NCBI GenBank assembly: GCA_029858285.1
Contig: JAOUFN010000010.1
Coordinates: forward strand, 9,776-73,775
From: Nitrospirota bacterium
Lineage (GTDB): Bacteria; Nitrospirota; JACRHL01
Direction: 5' to 3'
DNA length: 64,000 nucleotides
Shown here one piece after another: positions 58,016 through 64,000 of this stretch; the first letter of the stretch is position 1, and each line of letters opens with the position of its first letter. The notes beneath the pieces are model-generated. The model made no database searches, was not told the origin of the DNA, and saw nothing but the letters and a program-made list of their open reading frames with translations. The translations under genes and the position numbers were made by a program.

Positions 58016-58876
58016 ATGGAGTTGCCTGCGCGCCCATCGAGCCGGTTGTCCCTCTTTCCGATGGCCGCACGACCATTGCCGGTCGGTCGTCTGTTACCGC
58101 GCCTGCTGCCGTTCCTGCTGGCCCTCGCGGTGGCGGGGGTGTGGGGTCCGGGAGGAGTGTCTCCGGCTGCGGCCGCCTACATCGGCCCGCCTCAGCCCGT
58201 GCCCCTGTACACTTTCCGCAACGGCATGGACGTCGACTTTTCCCAGCGCACCGTCACCTCCAGCCGCTTCAACCCCCTGCTGACCTTCCACAGTACCCGC
58301 TACCTGGTGCGGGAAACCTACGGCCTGACCCGGCTGCTGGGGATGCCGATCAACGTGGAGGCGCTGTTCGGCATCTCCCGCGCGGAACTGAATTTCGGCA
58401 CCGTGGACATGACGGACGGCGGCACCTTCTGGAATACCTATGCCCCGAACACCGGCGCGGTGGGTTCCCGCCGGGCGCTGGCCTTCGGGCAGACCTTCGG
58501 CGCCAGCTACGGGGTGGGGGCGCGCGCCCAGTTGTTCCGCATCGGCAACGGACGCTTCGGCTTTGGCGGGCAGATTCTCACCTCTACCAGCACCGACACC
58601 CACCTGCCGGCCATGCGCCTGCGCTACAACGAGTGGGACGCCTATGTGGGGGCGATCCATGAAAGTCCGTTCATCAGCATCTACTACGGCGCGGACGCCT
58701 CCTGGCTGAAGGGTGAACTGGCCCTGCCGGACCGCGCCACCGATCTGGAGCAGGCGGACGTGCTCGGTGGCTACGCCGGGATGCGGTTCCGCCTTTACCG
58801 GCACCTGAGCGTCACCAGCGAACTGCGCATGCTCAACCAGCTTTCCTGGTCGATGCAGATGCTTTACCACTACTAG
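58016..58876 (+). CDS. Hypothetical exported protein, probable outer-membrane beta-barrel
   Basis: Signal-like LLPFLLALAVAGVW; amphipathic strands; ends in aromatic LYHY. Start 58016 or 58061. Confidence 0.65.
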   Translation: MELPARPSSRLSLFPMAARPLPVGRLLPRLLPFLLALAVAGVWGPGGVSPAAAAYIGPPQPVPLYTFRNGMDVDFSQRTVTSSRFNPLLTFHSTRYLVRETYGLTRLLGMPINVEALFGISRAELNFGTVDMTDGGTFWNTYAPNTGAVGSRRALAFGQTFGASYGVGARAQLFRIGNGRFGFGGQILTSTSTDTHLPAMRLRYNEWDAYVGAIHESPFISIYYGADASWLKGELALPDRATDLEQADVLGGYAGMRFRLYRHLSVTSELRMLNQLSWSMQMLYHY

Positions 58877-58878
58877 CC

Positions 58879-59238
58879 ATGGCCCTTCCCCGCCGTAACC
58901 GCCGCAGCGATTTTGCCGAATCCGGCCCCCGGCGCATGCTGTTCTGGGGCGGGGTGGCGCTGTTTTCCACCTATCTGCTGTTTTTCCTGGTCTTCGGGCG
59001 CATGGGGTTGATCGCCCACCTGCGGCTGGCCGAGGAGGCCGAGCGGGTGGACAACGAAATTTCCCGCACCCGGGGCGACATTGCCATGTTGACGGGCGAG
59101 GTGGAGGCCCTTACCCGCAACCCACACACCGTGGAGCGCCTTGCCCGCGAGCGGCTTGGCATGGTTCGCGACGGCGACACCGTGTTTTTGTTCGAGCCCG
59201 GCACCGCCGTTCCGGTGGACGGAAAAAAATCGCCATGA
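58879..59238 (+). CDS. ftsB: Septum formation initiator (FtsB/DivIC family)
   Basis: TM, FG..G, coiled coil, ERLARERLGMV..GD.VF. Confidence 0.85.
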   Translation: MALPRRNRRSDFAESGPRRMLFWGGVALFSTYLLFFLVFGRMGLIAHLRLAEEAERVDNEISRTRGDIAMLTGEVEALTRNPHTVERLARERLGMVRDGDTVFLFEPGTAVPVDGKKSP

Positions 59239-61424
59239 GTCCGCCGCCCCTGCACCTGGCCGTGGTCTGGCACATGCACCAGCCCCACTACAAGGATCTG
59301 GTGACGGGACGCTACGTCCTGCCGTGGACCCGCCTGCACGGCACCAAGGACTATTACGACATGGTCAAGGTGCTCGAGCAGTACCCCAGGGTGCGGCAGA
59401 CCGTGAACGTGGTGCCGTCTCTGGCGCAGCAGATCATTGAATATGCCGAGGGCAAGGCCGAGGACGAGTACCAGAACCTCACCCTCAAGAATCCGGCCGA
59501 ACTGACGGTGGACGACAAGGTGCGGCTGCTCACCACCTTCTTTTACGCCGCCCACGACACCATGGTGCGGCCCCATGCGCGGTACTCCGACCTGCTTACC
59601 AAGCGCGGGGCGGGGGACGATCCGCACCACCTGGCGCGGGTGGCGTCCTACTTCACCGATCAGGATTTTGTGGATTTGCAGGTGTGGTTCAATCTGGCCT
59701 GGTGTGACCCCCTGTTCCACCGCACCGACCCGGTCATCCGCGCCCTGCTGGAGAAAGGCCGCGACTACAGCGCCGAGGACAAGCACGCGCTGGTGGAGCG
59801 GCACCAGGTGATCATGGGCATGATTCTGCCCGAATACCGCGCCGCCCAGGAGCGCGGGCAGGTAGAACTCACCACCACGCCGTTCTACCACCCGATTCTG
59901 CCCCTGTTGTGTGACACCGAGGTGGCCCGCGAGGCCATGCCCCACCACCCGCTGCCGGGCCGCTTTGTCCACCCGGAGGACGCCGCCGAGCAGATCCGCC
60001 GCGCGGTGGCCTTCCACACCGATACCTTTGGCCGCGCCCCTCGCGGCATGTGGCCGTCGGAGGGCAGCGTGTCCGAGGCCATTCTGCCCCTGGTGGCGGG
60101 GGCGGGCATCCAGTGGATCGCCACGGATCAGGGCATTCTGGCCGAATCCCACACCCGCGAGCCTACCACCGCCGGGGACCACTTTCGCCCCTACCTGCTG
60201 GAGCGGGACGGAGGGACAAGGCTGTCCATCGTGTTCCGCGACCAGCGCCTCAGCGACCGCATCGGCTTCCACTATGCGCGCATGGAGCCAGAGGCGGCGG
60301 CGGAGGATTTCATCACCAGCCTGCACCGCATTCGCGCCGGCGTGGATGGCAACGGCCGCCCGCCCCTGGTGTCGGTGATCCTCGATGGCGAGAACTGCTG
60401 GGAATACTATTCCGGTGATGGTCACGACTTCCTGAACGCCCTCTACCGCCGCCTCAGCGACGATCCCGACATCGTCTGCACCACGGTCTCCGACCATCTG
60501 GACGGCCACCCGGCGTCGGACCGGCTGCCGCGCCTGTTCGCCGGTTCGTGGATCAACCGGGATTTCGAAATCTGGATCGGCCGCGACGAGGACAATCAGG
60601 CCTGGGAACACCTTGGCGCCGCCCGCGAGGCGCTGGCCGCGTGCACCAACAACCCCGGACACGGTGTGCCTGCGGACAAGCTTGCACTGGCCTGGGAAGA
60701 ACTGTACGTGGCCGAGGGCAGCGACTGGTGCTGGTGGTACGGCGGCCAGCACGCGGGCATGCTGGTGGCCTTCGACCAGCTTTTCCGCCGCCACCTCATG
60801 AATATTTATGAATTGATCGGCCAGCCGGTGCCCGAGGCGCTGCACGTGCCGATCCTGCGTCAGGTGAAGGAGGCCACCCCCACCCGCCGTGAGGCGGCCC
60901 TCATCACCCCCACCATCGACGGCCGCGTGGAGAGCTACTTCGAGTGGCTGGCGGCGGGGCTGCTGGAGCAGGGTGGGGGCGGCGGGGCCATGCACGCCGG
61001 GGACCGGGCGATTGTTGCCGTGCATTACGGCTTTGACCACGATCACCTGTACCTGCGTCTGGATTTTGGGCCGGACGTGAGGCCGGAATGGGTGCGCACC
61101 CTCAATTTCACCGTCGGGGTGCTGGCCCCGGTGGAGGGCCGGGTCACCTTTCGTCCAGGCCCCGAGGGGTGCATCGCCACGTTGCAGCGTCCGACGGGCG
61201 ACGGGGAGTGGAGCGACTCCCCCTTCGAGGGCTGCTGCGCCTTTGCCGAGGTACTGGAGATTGCCATGCCGTTCGCCCCCATGGGCTGGAAGCCCGGCGA
61301 CGAGGTGCGCCTGTTCGTGCGCGTGCTGGAGGACGGGGCCGAACTGGAGCGCTGGCCCGGCCAGGGCTATCTGGCGGTGACCCTGCCGGACCGGGACTAT
61401 GAAGCCCACCACTGGGTGGTGTAA
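59235..61424 (+). CDS. GH57 glycoside hydrolase (amylopullulanase-like) with C-terminal beta domain
   Basis: WHMHQP, PFYHPILPL, WPSE (catalytic Glu), ILDGEN (catalytic Asp), AEGSDW.WW. Confidence 0.93.
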   Translation: MSPPPLHLAVVWHMHQPHYKDLVTGRYVLPWTRLHGTKDYYDMVKVLEQYPRVRQTVNVVPSLAQQIIEYAEGKAEDEYQNLTLKNPAELTVDDKVRLLTTFFYAAHDTMVRPHARYSDLLTKRGAGDDPHHLARVASYFTDQDFVDLQVWFNLAWCDPLFHRTDPVIRALLEKGRDYSAEDKHALVERHQVIMGMILPEYRAAQERGQVELTTTPFYHPILPLLCDTEVAREAMPHHPLPGRFVHPEDAAEQIRRAVAFHTDTFGRAPRGMWPSEGSVSEAILPLVAGAGIQWIATDQGILAESHTREPTTAGDHFRPYLLERDGGTRLSIVFRDQRLSDRIGFHYARMEPEAAAEDFITSLHRIRAGVDGNGRPPLVSVILDGENCWEYYSGDGHDFLNALYRRLSDDPDIVCTTVSDHLDGHPASDRLPRLFAGSWINRDFEIWIGRDEDNQAWEHLGAAREALAACTNNPGHGVPADKLALAWEELYVAEGSDWCWWYGGQHAGMLVAFDQLFRRHLMNIYELIGQPVPEALHVPILRQVKEATPTRREAALITPTIDGRVESYFEWLAAGLLEQGGGGGAMHAGDRAIVAVHYGFDHDHLYLRLDFGPDVRPEWVRTLNFTVGVLAPVEGRVTFRPGPEGCIATLQRPTGDGEWSDSPFEGCCAFAEVLEIAMPFAPMGWKPGDEVRLFVRVLEDGAELERWPGQGYLAVTLPDRDYEAHHWVV

Positions 61425-61437
61425 GGAGAGGCAAAGC

Positions 61438-62154
61438 ATGACGGAAGCCCCACATCCAGACCATTCGGACGCCGCCACAAAGGCCGCCCCTGCGGACAAA
61501 AACTGGCGCCTGCCCCTGGCGCTGGTTGCCGGGGTGATTGCCGCCATGGGCGCCATGTTGCTGGTGATGGAACTGGGACATCCGGGCGGCGGGGTCGGCG
61601 GTGGTGGCCCCCAGGCGGGGGGCGCGCAGAACGGAGCGGGCATCGCCCTGGGCATGGATCTGATGGCCATCCACCGCGCCGCCACCGGCGCCGGGGTGTA
61701 TCAGATCCGCACCGGCGACCCGGCGGAACTGTCCGCGTGGTTTGTGCAGGAATCGGGCGCGGCGGTGCCGGTGCCGGACCTGGAAGGCATGGGGCTGGAG
61801 GTGAGCGGTGGCCGCCTGCTGCGGCTGCTGAAGCAACCCGCGCCCATGCAGGTCTTCCAGCAGCCCGGCGGCACGGCACTTCCCGGCACCGAAGCGCAGC
61901 CCCCCGTGGTGTTGATTCTGTCCCCCCACGGTCTGGATGCCGAGCCGCTCCCCGGCGAGGACGGGCCGGACGGGGTGCGGCTGGCCTCCATGTCAGAAGT
62001 CGGCATGGCTTTTTTCACCCATGGTGGCAGGCACTGGGTCGTCACCTCGGCGCGTGACCCGGAGGCCATGTTGTCCCTGGCACGGGGGGTGCGGGCGGCC
62101 CTGTCCATACTGCCCGAAGCCGGTTTGGCAAACCATCCGGCATCGAATCCCTGA
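61438..62154 (+). CDS. Single-pass membrane protein resembling an anti-sigma factor extracytoplasmic domain
   Basis: AAGGAG RBS; TM; DPAELSAWF...VPDL..MGLEVSGGRLL pattern. Confidence 0.55.
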   Translation: MTEAPHPDHSDAATKAAPADKNWRLPLALVAGVIAAMGAMLLVMELGHPGGGVGGGGPQAGGAQNGAGIALGMDLMAIHRAATGAGVYQIRTGDPAELSAWFVQESGAAVPVPDLEGMGLEVSGGRLLRLLKQPAPMQVFQQPGGTALPGTEAQPPVVLILSPHGLDAEPLPGEDGPDGVRLASMSEVGMAFFTHGGRHWVVTSARDPEAMLSLARGVRAALSILPEAGLANHPASNP

Positions 62155-62245
62155 CAGACGTCGCCGCTTCCGTTACCATATACCCTTGCGTCCCGGTCCC
62201 GGCAGAGGGGCCGACCACTCCGGGGCGCCCAAACCACAGGCGTCC

Positions 62246-62857
62246 GTGGCCCGCATCCTTTCCATCAATCCCGTCAATCCCCAGGAACGACTGCTGCGGC
62301 AGGTGGTGGAAGTGCTGGAAAAAGGGGGACTCATTGCCTATCCGACCGACACCACCTACGGCATCGGCTGCGACATCCGCGATCCGCGGGCCATTGACCG
62401 CATCTACCAGCTCAAGAGCAAGGACCGCAAGGCCACGCTGTCGTTCATCTGCTCCGACCTGTCGCACCTGGCGGACTACGCCGTGGTCTCCAACACCGGC
62501 TTTCGCATGATGAAGCGCCTGCTGCCCGGCCCTTATACCTTCGTGCTGCGGGCCACCAAGCTGCCCCCCAAAGTGTTGCAGACGCGCCAGCGTTCGGTGG
62601 GCATTCGCGTGCCGGATCACCCCATTCCCCTGGAACTGGTGCGGCTGCTGGGACACCCGGTGGTGAACACCACCGCCAACGTGTCCGGTCAGGCGCCGTT
62701 CACCCACGCCGAGGACATTCTGGATGCCTTCGGTCACGGCCTGGACCTGATCATCGACGGCGGCCCGCTGGCCGGGGAACTTTCCACCGTGATCGAAATT
62801 GACGAAGAAAATTACACCGTCCTGCGTGCAGGGAAGGGAATGGAGGTATTTCAATGA
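62246..62857 (+). CDS. Sua5/YciO/YrdC (TsaC-like) protein
   Basis: YPTDTTYGIGC, PGPYTFVL, VGIRVP, TTAN, STVI; INPVNPQ.R start is YciO-like. Confidence 0.92.
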   Translation: MARILSINPVNPQERLLRQVVEVLEKGGLIAYPTDTTYGIGCDIRDPRAIDRIYQLKSKDRKATLSFICSDLSHLADYAVVSNTGFRMMKRLLPGPYTFVLRATKLPPKVLQTRQRSVGIRVPDHPIPLELVRLLGHPVVNTTANVSGQAPFTHAEDILDAFGHGLDLIIDGGPLAGELSTVIEIDEENYTVLRAGKGMEVFQ

Positions 62858-64000
62858 ACTATTTTTCGCGCCGCTTTGCGAGTCATCCGAAGGTGCGCAC
62901 CGGAATTTCCGGTAGCCCGCGCCGGGGCCTGCGGCCGGTCTTTGGCTGGCTGGCCGTACTGGCCATCCTTGCCATGCCGTGGGCGCCGGGCATGATTGCC
63001 GGCGCCGGGGCAGAAACGGCCCCGCAGGCCTCTCCGGCAAGCACCTCCGCCGCCCGCGCCGTGGTGGTGATGGACGCGCTCTCGGGTCAGGTGGTGGAGG
63101 CCATCAACCCGGATGACCTCATCGCCCCCGCCAGCCTGGCCAAGATGATGACCCTCTATCTGGTGTTCGACGCCGTGCGCGAGGGGCGGGCCACCTGGGG
63201 CGACCGGGTTCTGGTGAGCCGTGCGGCATGGCGCCCCGAGGGCTCCAAAATGTTCCTGCGCGCGGGCGAGACGGTCACCCTGCACGACCTGGCCCTGGGC
63301 ATCGCCGTGGTTTCCGGCAACGACGCCAGCATCGCGGCGGCGGAGCATCTGGCGGGCACCACCGGCGAATTCGCCAACCGCATGAACCTGACCGCCCAGC
63401 GGCTGGGCATGGCCCACACCCGCTTCGTCACCGTCACCGGCCTGCCGGCCCCGGAGCAGGTCACCACCGCCTACGACATGGCCCTGCTGGGGCGGGCACT
63501 GGTGAGCGATTTTCCGGAATCCATTCCGTTGCTGTCGGCGCGGGAGATGACCCACGAGAAGGTGCGCCAGACCAACCGCAACCTGTTGCTGTGGCGCGAC
63601 ATCGGCGTGGACGGCATCAAGACCGGCCACACCGAGGAATCGGGTTACCACATGGTGGCCACCGCCCAGCGCGATGGCCAGCGCTTCATCGTGGCGATTC
63701 TCGGCGCCCCCGGCGAACAAGTGCGCGCCAACCTGGCCCAAAGCTACCTGCAGGGGGCCTTCAGCCGCTACGCCACGGTGGACGCCATGTCTGGTCAGGG
63801 GGTGCAGGTGGCCCAGTCCAAGGTATGGAAGGGGGCCGGGGATTCGGTGTCCGGCGTGCCCCGCGAAAAAGCCTTTGTCACCGTGCGCCGCGACCAGTTG
63901 GACAAGATTCAGGTGGCCACCACCATGACCGACGTGGTGGCGCCGGTGGCCAAGGGACAGATGGTGGGCAAGGCCACCATCAGCCTGGACGGCCAGGTGG
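62854..64000 (+). CDS. dacA: D-alanyl-D-alanine carboxypeptidase (S11, PBP5/6), runs off the window's right edge
   Basis: Manual translation from ATG 62854: signal-like segment, PASLAKMMT (SxxK), VSGND (SxN), GIKTGHT (KTG). Confidence 0.93.
   Translation, partial: MNYFSRRFASHPKVRTGISGSPRRGLRPVFGWLAVLAILAMPWAPGMIAGAGAETAPQASPASTSAARAVVVMDALSGQVVEAINPDDLIAPASLAKMMTLYLVFDAVREGRATWGDRVLVSRAAWRPEGSKMFLRAGETVTLHDLALGIAVVSGNDASIAAAEHLAGTTGEFANRMNLTAQRLGMAHTRFVTVTGLPAPEQVTTAYDMALLGRALVSDFPESIPLLSAREMTHEKVRQTNRNLLLWRDIGVDGIKTGHTEESGYHMVATAQRDGQRFIVAILGAPGEQVRANLAQSYLQGAFSRYATVDAMSGQGVQVAQSKVWKGAGDSVSGVPREKAFVTVRRDQLDKIQVATTMTDVVAPVAKGQMVGKATISLDGQV

Overview
A GC-rich (roughly 65-70% by eye) bacterial chromosomal segment of mostly housekeeping genes, with no rRNA, tRNA, CRISPR array, transposase or integrase that I can support. 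The gene content suggests a diderm anaerobe or microaerophile, possibly Nitrospirota- or deltaproteobacteria-like (inference only). In order it holds: pgk (partial)/gap, a lipoprotein, radA, a lone trpA, and the yceD-rpmF-plsX-fabHDG-acpP-fabF cluster. Next come a cbiA + CCG/Fe-S protein + FAD oxidoreductase + ChaN-PDZ run, an ExeA-like ATPase with zinc ribbons, anmK, rseP, FmdB/aspC/coaD, exported msrA/msrB lying between rsmD and coaD, a DASS transporter and truA. The middle has a large beta-propeller lipoprotein, an ArsS-like radical SAM enzyme, rsmI, a Cus-type efflux operon preceded by a small His/Met/Cys-rich ORF, an MBOAT/SGNH pair, fur and purMN. The end has a patatin-sigma54 regulator-galT-glgA-receiver-trxB operon, a sulfite/nitrite reductase-HEPN-TusA fusion, a beta-barrel-ftsB-GH57 operon, a Sua5/YciO protein and a partial dacA. 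Best leads: (i) a candidate metal-sensing leader ORF before the cus operon; (ii) the cbiA-linked redox module; (iii) the reductase-TusA fusion with an Rrf2-like operator; (iv) a structured leader before gap; (v) dispersed short arrays with a 12-bp period. I cannot establish that any of these is undescribed without database searches. Start codons were chosen by hand and may be off by a few codons.
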